From NCBI GenBank assembly GCA_039815855.1, contig JBCBYL010000003.1, positions 1 to 45,425 on the forward strand: a DNA stretch of 45,425 bases, given 5' to 3'. This document shows, piece after piece, positions 1 to 7,264 of this stretch (position 1 is the first letter of the stretch; every line of letters begins with the position of its first letter). The stretch is from Verrucomicrobiota bacterium. GTDB lineage: Bacteria; Verrucomicrobiota; Verrucomicrobiia; Methylacidiphilales; JBCBYL01. The position numbers and the translations under genes were made by a program. A model generated the notes under the pieces. That model was not told where the DNA came from. It made no database searches and worked only from the letters and a program-made list of their open reading frames with translations.

Positions 1-2
1 TC

Positions 3-98
3 TGGCTCGATAGATACATTTCAATCTCAATCAAGAACTCACGCGACCAGATGAAAGAGGCATCCAAATTAATTGAAGAAAGTAGAACAAAGCCGTAG
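3..98 (+). CDS. 3' end of a gene-cassette ORF (partial, runs off the window start)
   Basis: Open frame WLDRYISIS...EESRTKP* whose stop (96-98) falls inside attC1, as for other cassette ORFs here. Confidence 0.55.
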   Translation, partial: WLDRYISISIKNSRDQMKEASKLIEESRTKP

Positions 99-152
99 TG
101 GCAACTCCGAGGAGCTATCGCTCCTCTTCGTGTCACACGGCCCACGTTCGAT
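82..152 (+). mobile_element. Integron attC site 1
   Basis: R'' GTAGAAC (82-88), 5 bp, L'' CGTAGTGG (94-101) ... L' TCACACG (133-139), 6 bp, R' GTTCGAT (146-152). Central hairpin GAGGAGC/GCTCCTC. Confidence 0.85.
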
Positions 153-159
153 ATAAGAA

Positions 160-429
160 ATGAATAACGAGAGTGAATATTCAATTTGGCTAGATCCGGC
201 AGTGAGAGACTTAGCCGAAGCCCTTTTCTATGGGCCTGTCGCCATAGTTATCGGGTGCATATTATTGTTTCGCTCTGACGAAGCTAGCGACATGATTATC
301 GGAAGAGGCACTTTTAGAGGACTATCTATTTCCTCTACCCCAGGATGGATGCTCAAGCCATTTGGTGTTTTGTTTATATTGGGCGGCATTTATTTCACTG
401 TTACAGGCATCTGGATTTTCCTAAAATGA
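160..429 (+). CDS. Cassette-borne small membrane protein (two hydrophobic segments)
   Basis: 89 aa, ATG 7 bp after R' of attC1, stop just before attC2. Confidence 0.75.
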   Translation: MNNESEYSIWLDPAVRDLAEALFYGPVAIVIGCILLFRSDEASDMIIGRGTFRGLSISSTPGWMLKPFGVLFILGGIYFTVTGIWIFLK

Positions 430-433
430 ACTT

Positions 434-505
434 ATCGAACAAGCACGTAGATCTAATTCGTTACAGCCTTCGGCTTCCACTCTTGGATCACGCTTAACGT
501 TCGCC
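434..505 (+). mobile_element. Integron attC site 2
   Basis: R'' ATCGAAC (434-440), 5 bp, L'' CGTAGATC (446-453) ... L' GATCACG (486-492), 6 bp, R' GTTCGCC (499-505). L''/L' pair perfectly once the 4th base (A449) is looped out. Confidence 0.88.
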
Positions 506-521
506 AGAATAGGTTTGCACG

Positions 522-1199
522 ATGGCCAAAGTTGATCACAAAAAGGAGCTTCGAGAGCTATACAAGCCGTCCTCCAAGGAGGTCTGTGAAGTAACGGTTC
601 CCCAGATGACATATCTGATGGTTGATGGACATGGTGACCCAAACAACGCCCCGGCCTACGCAGAGGCTGTGGAAGCATTGTTTTCCGTTTCCTACACTGC
701 TAAATTTTCTCTCAAGCGTTCCACTGCATCGCACGACTACACAGTGATGCCTCTGGAAGGCTTGTGGTGGGCGGACGATCTCTCCGTGTTTGAGAGCAAC
801 GATCGATCGAATTGGCAGTGGACAATGATGATTATGCAGCCTCCCGAGGTGAGCGAACAGTTGATAGAAGAGTCGATCACGACCGTGGAGCGCAAGAAGA
901 ATCTCCCTGCGTTAAGCAGCTTGCGATTTGAGGATTTTGCAGAGGGGCGATGCGCTCAGATTCTACATGTCGGACCGTTTACGGAAGAAGGTCCGACAAT
1001 TCAGCGAGTGCATGATTTCACTCTTGCCAGAGGTGAATTGGCTGGCAAGCATCACGAGATATATTTGTCGGATATCAGACGAGCCAATCCAAAGAACCGG
1101 AAGACTATCATACGCCAACCTATGCGGAAGGCCAACAACGGCGAACAAGGCGGTGCTGGACAACCGGCTACCCGCTCCGAGTCGAAATGTTCCCCGTAG
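522..1199 (+). CDS. Cassette-borne GyrI-like small-molecule-binding protein
   Basis: Motifs G.GDPN, PLEGLWW, W.WT.MI.QP, Q..H.GP...E, HHEIYLSD.RR, KTIIRQP. The C-terminal tail reads into attC3. Confidence 0.9.
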   Translation: MAKVDHKKELRELYKPSSKEVCEVTVPQMTYLMVDGHGDPNNAPAYAEAVEALFSVSYTAKFSLKRSTASHDYTVMPLEGLWWADDLSVFESNDRSNWQWTMMIMQPPEVSEQLIEESITTVERKKNLPALSSLRFEDFAEGRCAQILHVGPFTEEGPTIQRVHDFTLARGELAGKHHEIYLSDIRRANPKNRKTIIRQPMRKANNGEQGGAGQPATRSESKCSP

Positions 1200-1266
1200 C
1201 TACACCCTTTTACCCGAAATCGAAGGTGCGCCGCTGGTAGCCGGTGCCAGACCTTAGACGTTCTAC
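1140..1266 (+). mobile_element. Integron attC site 3 (127 bp)
   Basis: R'' GGCGAAC (1140-1146), 5 bp, L'' GGTGCTGG (1152-1159) ... L' CCAGACC (1247-1253), 6 bp, R' GTTCTAC (1260-1266). Inner stem ACCGGCTACC/GGTAGCCGGT. Confidence 0.9.
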
Positions 1267-1272
1267 AGATAA

Positions 1273-1668
1273 ATGAAAACCTTCTCATGGACATTTCCGG
1301 ATCTTAGCGAGAAGGATTCGAGTCTGGCTCCATTATTCATCAGATTTCTCCTCCGAGGCAAGTTGTGGCATTGGTTCGTCATTGGAAACCTTGGGATTAT
1401 TTTATTCACAGCATCACCTATACTTTCAGCGATGGCGGCAGGCTATATTGGTGACTTATGTGGCTGTCGGGTTGACGAGGCAGGTGTCTATCCTTGTGTA
1501 GTCATGGGTATTGATATTGGCGGCATATTGAGCACAATGTTTGTTCTTGGATGGGCCTTTATATTTACGATATTTATTGGACCTATCCTTATTGTAGCAT
1601 GGAACATCTTTCTTCTTTTCCTATGGGACTACAGGAGTAAAAATGCAGGAAGTAGAACAAGCGCGTAG
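1273..1668 (+). CDS. Cassette-borne membrane protein with Cys-containing loop (GCRVDEAGVYPC)
   Basis: 131 aa with hydrophobic segments. Starts 6 bp after R' of attC3 and ends in the left half of attC4. Confidence 0.8.
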   Translation: MKTFSWTFPDLSEKDSSLAPLFIRFLLRGKLWHWFVIGNLGIILFTASPILSAMAAGYIGDLCGCRVDEAGVYPCVVMGIDIGGILSTMFVLGWAFIFTIFIGPILIVAWNIFLLFLWDYRSKNAGSRTSA

Positions 1669-1671
1669 AAT
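1652..1671 (+). mobile_element. Truncated attC site 4 (left half only)
   Basis: R'' GTAGAAC (1652-1658) is the reverse complement of GTTCTAC at this cassette's start. A 5 bp spacer and CGTAGA.. follow, as in attC2. No matching L'/R' downstream. Confidence 0.65.
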
Positions 1672-1780
1672 CCGGAGAGGCAAAACTCGTGGACTGGGAT
1701 AGCGTTAAATCATCCATCGGGCGATAGTGACTCAGATACGTATCTCAGAGGATGCCATGGAAGGAACCTGAACTGATGGA
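1662..1780 (+). pseudogene. Remnant of a toxin-antitoxin pair: addiction-module antitoxin C-terminus plus frameshifted RelE/ParE-like toxin N-terminus
   Basis: RVESGEAKLVDWDSVKSSIGR* (1662-1727) overlaps (TAGTG) a GTG-initiated MTQIRISEDAME.., which then degenerates. Confidence 0.55.
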
Positions 1781-1797
1781 AATAAGAACAGAGTTTG

Positions 1798-1978
1798 AAT
1801 TCAACCACGAATAGACACGAATGAACTCTCATAGAGAAAAAGACTAAGAAAAAATCAGTGTCCATTGGTGTCCATTCGTGGTTAAAGCACTTCCCGCCTT
1901 CCAATTCTCCCCACCTCCCTGTAAAACAAATCAGTGTCCATCAGTGGTTAAAAAAATTAGCTTGTTACAAGCACTCCG
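1798..1978. repeat. Palindromic 10-bp-periodic repeat element, copy 1
   Basis: Arms 1803-1829 and 1857-1883 are inverted complements at 23/27 positions. A third partial arm lies at ~1931-1951. Highly similar to 2650-2844. Confidence 0.9.
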
Positions 1979-2145
1979 AATCAGGTTATCAGAAACAATG
2001 ACTATTCTACCGATGACTGCACCTGAAGATCAATGTTCTGGCCTTAAACCAAGTCGCCTCAATCCGGCTGAACGACAGCACAAATTACAAGGGATCTTTC
2101 ATAGCTCATATGAACAAATGAGAACAATGGCTTTTGTTCAATAAA

Positions 2146-2577
2146 ATGAAAAAAATTGGAGTAAGCGTTTTTTCTGTTATCGCGCTATCTGTTGCGGTCT
2201 TTGCCTGGTCCTTCTGTGGAACACATCAATCTCTAACTACATCACGTGTAGACCAGCGCTTTAACCTCACCGCCAAAGCGCCATACGGAATTATATGGGG
2301 AATAGGTAGTGCTTATGCTCTGCTACTGGGGGAGATCAATGGCACAGCAACAGTTGAGATTATCGGAAACCAGAAAAGGGACAGAGTCGAATTTACAGTT
2401 GGTCCTGGCTCGGTAGAGATCGCGCGTGGTGGCCCAGAAGAATGGATTGGCGATTACAGCATTCGCTACACACCATTGACTGCCACCTCAGGTAGTATTT
2501 ACGCATCGGTTTATTGCGGCGAAGGGATGTCAGAGGCCGACAGGACTCTATATCACGAAATCTTAGGACGAAAGTAA
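2146..2577 (+). CDS. Hypothetical secreted or membrane-anchored protein, cassette-like
   Basis: MKKIGVSVFSVIALSVAVFA signal-like N-terminus. ATG is 3 bp after an R'-like GTTCAAT (2136-2142). Confidence 0.75.
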   Translation: MKKIGVSVFSVIALSVAVFAWSFCGTHQSLTTSRVDQRFNLTAKAPYGIIWGIGSAYALLLGEINGTATVEIIGNQKRDRVEFTVGPGSVEIARGGPEEWIGDYSIRYTPLTATSGSIYASVYCGEGMSEADRTLYHEILGRK

Positions 2578-2649
2578 GCTGTATAGGATGTCAAAGCCAT
2601 TTTCTTGATGGGATCGTTCTTGGCTAATCATCAGCACCACGCGGAAATT

Positions 2650-2844
2650 AATTCAACCACGAATAGACACGAATGAACTCTAATAGAGAAAAAATAAGAA
2701 AAAATCAGTGTCCATTGGTGTGCATTCGTGGTTAAAAACACTTCCCCCCCCTCCTATTCTCCCCACCTCCCTGTAAAACAAAAGTCAGTGTCCATTGGTG
2801 TGCATCAGTGGTTTAAAAAAAATCAGTTTGTTAAAAGCACTCCG
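2650..2844. repeat. Palindromic 10-bp-periodic repeat element, copy 2 (direct repeat of 1798-1978)
   Basis: AATTCAACCACGAATAGACACGAATGAACTCT ... CCCCACCTCCCTGTAAAACAAA ... GCACTCCG shared with copy 1. Has one extra 10-bp unit in the third arm. Confidence 0.9.
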
Positions 2845-2927
2845 GGCAGGGTTATGAGGAGCGATTGCCTTTCGTCACGTAAACGTCACTGGCGCTCTGA
2901 GGGGAATTCCGTTAGCACTGGAGCACG

Positions 2928-3446
2928 ATGGGATTATTTGACTTGATTATCGATTCGATTGCGAATCCGGAACAGAAAACAGAACCGACCGATCTCTCTG
3001 GCCTTCTCGATAGCATCCAGAATGTAGCTCAGCAAAAGGACACGAGCGCGGATATGATGCAGACGGTGATCTCCGCCCTCGGTAAGCATGTGAAGACGGG
3101 CTTGAAGGAATACACTGGCTCAACTGAGGAGCTGGTCGAAGAAGTGGCTTCTGCGCCTGAAGCGAGTTCTGATTTACTGGGAAAGCTATTTGGTTCTCAA
3201 GGCCCTGAAAAGGTATCTGAGGAAGTCAGTCAGAACACGGGGCTGAATTCCCAGACCATTCTTTCTCTGCTTCCAGTTCTCGTTCCGATTGTGATGAGAC
3301 TCTTCCAGTCCGGCGGAACCAAGGAAAGCAGCAGCCAGAAGTCACAACTCAATCCACTGCTACAGGGGTTTCTGGATTCTGACCGGGATGGTGATGTGGA
3401 CCTGGCCGATGTGCTAAAACTAGCCGGGCCCTACCTGAACAAGTAG
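2928..3446 (+). CDS. DUF937 family protein
   Basis: MGLFD.I...I.NP N-terminus, helical body, LL..L.P.V, C-terminal EF-hand-like LDSDRDGDVD. Confidence 0.75.
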   Translation: MGLFDLIIDSIANPEQKTEPTDLSGLLDSIQNVAQQKDTSADMMQTVISALGKHVKTGLKEYTGSTEELVEEVASAPEASSDLLGKLFGSQGPEKVSEEVSQNTGLNSQTILSLLPVLVPIVMRLFQSGGTKESSSQKSQLNPLLQGFLDSDRDGDVDLADVLKLAGPYLNK

Positions 3447-3513
3447 TTCATCTCCGGTTTCATTCCCATTCCCTTTTAGAGTGGATCGAGCGATAGAAGA
3501 GGACTGAGCAGAG

Positions 3514-4176
3514 TTATGAAATTTCCCGGATCAGGTCACGGACTTCAGTCTGGACATTGACACTGGGTGGCCCCAGACCCCGATGAATCTGAACGAGAGG
3601 ATGGTCCCAACTTATCAGTTCATAGAAGGCGGCCTCTCCGGTCATATCTCGCACCCGCGCGTGTTTGAGCTGGCCACGGCTAAAATAGAGCTGACCTGCC
3701 TCCGTCCCTGAGATCAAATCCATACGGCAGGTTTTGTTCTCGAGCATGATGACTTGAATGAGCATCACTGGACTGAGTCCGCGAATCACACTCTCCGGAT
3801 CTGTCTCGAGGAAGTGTTCCACATCATTGAGAAAGAGCTCTAACTCGAAAGGCTTATGGTAGAAACGCATGCCTTCCCGTTGCCCGGTCATATTCTGAAT
3901 ATCATCGAGATAATCGGTACCTGAAAGGACCATAATGGGCATGTGGGGGACCAGGGCCTGAGCCATTAAAATTAATTCTAATCCTCCGTAATTAGGCAGG
4001 CAGACATCGGTGAGCATCAAGTCGGGAGAATGATCCCCCAACCAGGAAGCGGCTGGGGCTCCATCTGCAAAGCTTTGGATATCGATACCCTCGAACCGTT
4101 GTTGGAGGGCACGCTCCATCATCTTCCGAAAGCGTTCATCATCTTCAATGATCAGCACTAACTTATTTTCACCCAT
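3514..4176 (-). CDS. Response regulator, REC plus DUF4388/PATAN-like domain
   Basis: IIEDD, TDVCLP (phosphoacceptor Asp), HKPF; C-terminal KTC.....GQLYF..G...HA......GEAAFYEL..W. Confidence 0.85.
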   Translation of the reverse strand: MGENKLVLIIEDDERFRKMMERALQQRFEGIDIQSFADGAPAASWLGDHSPDLMLTDVCLPNYGGLELILMAQALVPHMPIMVLSGTDYLDDIQNMTGQREGMRFYHKPFELELFLNDVEHFLETDPESVIRGLSPVMLIQVIMLENKTCRMDLISGTEAGQLYFSRGQLKHARVRDMTGEAAFYELISWDHPLVQIHRGLGPPSVNVQTEVRDLIREIS

Positions 4177-4178
4177 GG

Positions 4179-4601
4179 TTAAGCTCTCTGCTTCTTCCAG
4201 AAATACTTTGCTGATGGGGTACTATTCGCAGGAATCTTGTCTAAGAAATCCCCTCCGAGAATCTCGGTGGTTTTTTTGATTTTTAAGCCTGCTTTGGGTC
4301 GCTGGACCTTGACCCGATAAAGGATGGTGACATTCCCGCTCGCATAGCGGTCATAAAAATCAATAGGCTCTAAATGAATCACCTTCAGGTCAGTCTCTTC
4401 TTTGATCTCACGCTTGATAGCAGAAGAGAGGGATTCAAATCGCTTCACCTTTCCGCCCGGTAATGCCCAGCGCTTCGGCCCCTTCGCCTGCTGGACAAAG
4501 AGTAGCTCTCCATAGGCATTTTCAATCCATGCCATCACTGAAACTTCTTTGTTAGCAGGGTGTCGGAATCGGGAAACTGGAGCTTTGGCAGCGTTCGCCA
4601 T
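4179..4601 (-). CDS. NUDIX hydrolase
   Basis: Nudix box WALPGGKVKRFESLSSAIKREIKEETDL. Start taken at ATG 4601. Confidence 0.85.
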   Translation of the reverse strand: MANAAKAPVSRFRHPANKEVSVMAWIENAYGELLFVQQAKGPKRWALPGGKVKRFESLSSAIKREIKEETDLKVIHLEPIDFYDRYASGNVTILYRVKVQRPKAGLKIKKTTEILGGDFLDKIPANSTPSAKYFWKKQRA

Positions 4602-4669
4602 GGAGGTAACATAAACAAGAGCGTCGATCTGACAAGCTGACAAAGCTGGCAACGATCATCATTGATCAT

Positions 4670-5398
4670 CTAAGCAGACCAGACTCCAGCAGCGTTAAGC
4701 TGTTTACTGGCAGCTTCAGCCCAACCGCGATTCGCCGCCGGACTAGCTGGACTGGGGTGGAGAATTTTTGCCAGTCGAGGTTTTGCTCTTAAATCGGGCA
4801 AGATTTTTTCCAGACGCTTCTCGGCAAATCCGCCCACCCCAATGACCCACTCCGGTTCGAGGAAGTCCAAAGAACGGATGAGGTGCTGGTCACAGATCTG
4901 GAAAAGCGGTCGACTCTCATCGACCGGCAGCTTATCCGGAGTGACGTTGCGCCCGCTCATTTCCATGAAGACTAATGGACAATAGTTCAGGACGAAGTGG
5001 TCCTTAAAAAAATCACCTGCGCGCGGGTAACGCTCAGAGAAGAGCCCCCATAGGCGTCGGCCACTGACTTCGGAACGGGTGCAGGCGAATCCGGTCACCG
5101 GGCGCTTTGGGTTCTCGAGCTCAGGTTTGTCTACCTCTGCGGAAATTCCCATCCAATCACGCACCATTGAGATTTCACCAAAGGGGACCCCTGTTTGGGC
5201 CATCCCCCATGGCCCTGGATTCATCCCGAGAAAGACAACGCGCTTTTTACCCTGCCCATACTTGTTTAAATAGGTCTGTTGGGGTTGAGCGGCATAGACC
5301 AGCGGATTGTAAACATGAGTCACCGGGGGACTGAATCGAAGAGGGTCAAGGTCACGACAAAGATCTTTTGCTAATTGTGGCAGTCCCGCTTTACTCAT
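4670..5398 (-). CDS. SMUG1-type (family 3) uracil-DNA glycosylase
   Basis: GMNPGPWGMAQTGVPFG, RSEVSGRRLW, NYCPL, HPSPASP motifs. Start at 5398 or 5404. Confidence 0.93.
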   Translation of the reverse strand: MSKAGLPQLAKDLCRDLDPLRFSPPVTHVYNPLVYAAQPQQTYLNKYGQGKKRVVFLGMNPGPWGMAQTGVPFGEISMVRDWMGISAEVDKPELENPKRPVTGFACTRSEVSGRRLWGLFSERYPRAGDFFKDHFVLNYCPLVFMEMSGRNVTPDKLPVDESRPLFQICDQHLIRSLDFLEPEWVIGVGGFAEKRLEKILPDLRAKPRLAKILHPSPASPAANRGWAEAASKQLNAAGVWSA

Positions 5399-5438
5399 CA
5401 ACATACTCTGACACGTCACTGAACCACCTGTAAAGCGA

Positions 5439-7259
5439 TTGAAAAACAGATTCAAACTACCAGCTCACTTAGCTTCTCTCTTCCTTGTTGCCTTTAATGA
5501 TAATGCCGCCAAGGCCATGCTTCTAGGGTTAGCCGGGTATGTTCTCTCTACTCAGGAGGCAGGACTCTGGCAAGGAGTCGCAGCTGCGCTCTTTGCCCTT
5601 CCTTTTGTTCTTTTCTCCCCGATGGCAGGGTGGCTAGCAGATCGATATTCTAAACAGCGTATCCTCTGGGTCTTTCTCCTGGTGCAATTGATCGCAGCGG
5701 TGGCGGCCTACATCACGATCCAAGCCGAGTCGTTTTACCTGGTCCTCGGGATCTTTTTTTTACTCGCCATGCAGAGCGCCTTTTATTCCCCGGCAAAGCA
5801 GGGAATTCTGATTGAATTGGTAGGATCGAAAAAGCTGGGAATGGCCGTCGGCCTCATGGAGATGGCCACGATTCTAGCCATTCTGTTAGGCATGGCAGCA
5901 GGACAGCTAGTTGACCTCACCTGGACGGGGAAGGCGGTCGCAGGCCCTTGGGATGGCGCTGAACAGGTCGTCACGCTCATTTTGCTGACGTCCATCCTGT
6001 CGCTTGTCTGTTTCTATTTTGTTCCGCGAACTCCCAGCCAGTCGTCGAAACCATTTCAGTGGACGATTATCACTTCTCACCTGCCCCAAATCAAGCGACT
6101 CTGGCGTGATCAGCGCCTGCGCTACTCAGCCCTGGGCAGTGCCTGGTTCTACAGTTTAGGAGCCTTCTTAAGTCCGGTCTTCTTTCGGCTAGGAGCTGAA
6201 GCACATGACGGTGAAATCGGCAGTGCAGCGGCCGGAAGTCAGATGATGCTCATGCTGGGAGTGGGGATCGCCCTCGGCTCTCTGATCGCTGCTTTCTTTT
6301 CTCGAAAGCGGATCGAGCTTGGAGTGGTTCCCCTCGGTGCGATGGGAATAGCGATCACTCTCTTCCTGGCAGGGCTCCCCGCACCGCTCTCTTCTATCCA
6401 TCTTCTTATCCTCGGGCTGATGGGGATGAGCGGCGCCCTCTTTGTCGTTCCATTAACCGCATATTTTCAAAACTGTGCCACGGATGAATCGAGAGGGGAC
6501 GCCATCGCTGGTAGTAATCTCCTAATGAACATAGGCGCGGTCATTGCCGGGCTACTGTTCTCTTTATTGGCTGGCTCCCTCAACCTTTCTGCTACGAATC
6601 TGTTTATCGTCGCCGGCCTTGCCAGCCTCCTTGTCACGGGTTTTGTGCTCTACAAACTACCCACCGCCCTCATCCGGCTCAGTGTCATTATCCTCGTGCG
6701 TCTTCTCTATGAGTTGAAAATTCAGGGGCGGGAACACGTTCCTGCTCAAGGTGGAGCCCTTCTGATCTGCAACCACATTAGCTATGTCGATGCGGTGCTC
6801 CTGCAGACCATTTCTCCGCGACCGATCCGTTTTATGGCCCATGCTAATTTTGAGAAAATGCCACTGCTGGGTTGGGGATTACGCTCCTTCGATTGTATCT
6901 TTGTCTCACCCAGCAAAGCGAAGGAAGCCTTAAAAAAGGCTACGGATGCTGTTAAAGAAGGGACCGTCGTCTGTATTTTCCCAGAAGGCGGATTGACTGA
7001 AGATGGTGAATTACAGCCCTTACAAAAGGGCTTTGAGGTCATCGCCCGCAGAGCAGACTGCCCTGTCATCCCGGTGGTGCTGAATGGGCTTTGGGGATCT
7101 ATTTTCTCCTATGAAGGCGGACGCTATTTCTGGAAATGGCCATCACGACTCCCTTACCCGGTCGAAGTTATTTTCGATCAACCGATGGAGGAGCCTACCG
7201 TCGATAATGCAGAAGCCACTTTTCGCATGCTTTCTGCCGCCACTAGCGATAAGATTTAG
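5439..7259 (+). CDS. LplT-like MFS transporter fused to a PlsC-type acyltransferase
   Basis: FNDN, AG.LADRYSK and QSAF.SPAK.G in a multi-TM MFS domain; NHISYVD and FPEG acyltransferase motifs. Confidence 0.9.
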   Translation: MKNRFKLPAHLASLFLVAFNDNAAKAMLLGLAGYVLSTQEAGLWQGVAAALFALPFVLFSPMAGWLADRYSKQRILWVFLLVQLIAAVAAYITIQAESFYLVLGIFFLLAMQSAFYSPAKQGILIELVGSKKLGMAVGLMEMATILAILLGMAAGQLVDLTWTGKAVAGPWDGAEQVVTLILLTSILSLVCFYFVPRTPSQSSKPFQWTIITSHLPQIKRLWRDQRLRYSALGSAWFYSLGAFLSPVFFRLGAEAHDGEIGSAAAGSQMMLMLGVGIALGSLIAAFFSRKRIELGVVPLGAMGIAITLFLAGLPAPLSSIHLLILGLMGMSGALFVVPLTAYFQNCATDESRGDAIAGSNLLMNIGAVIAGLLFSLLAGSLNLSATNLFIVAGLASLLVTGFVLYKLPTALIRLSVIILVRLLYELKIQGREHVPAQGGALLICNHISYVDAVLLQTISPRPIRFMAHANFEKMPLLGWGLRSFDCIFVSPSKAKEALKKATDAVKEGTVVCIFPEGGLTEDGELQPLQKGFEVIARRADCPVIPVVLNGLWGSIFSYEGGRYFWKWPSRLPYPVEVIFDQPMEEPTVDNAEATFRMLSAATSDKI

Positions 7260-7264
7260 TTCTC

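Noticed and set aside
1652-1710. Complete attC4 closing at GTTAAAT (1704-1710)
   Set aside because: No L' complementary to CGTAGAAT at the 6-bp spacing. The bases are better explained as antitoxin coding sequence.
1710-2144. ORFs 1710-1904 (-) and 1878-2144 (+), and likewise 2728-2946 (+)
   Set aside because: They are largely translations of the repeat element and of degraded cassette DNA.
1798-2844. CRISPR array
   Set aside because: Only two long copies with internal palindromes. No regular repeat-spacer period and no cas genes.
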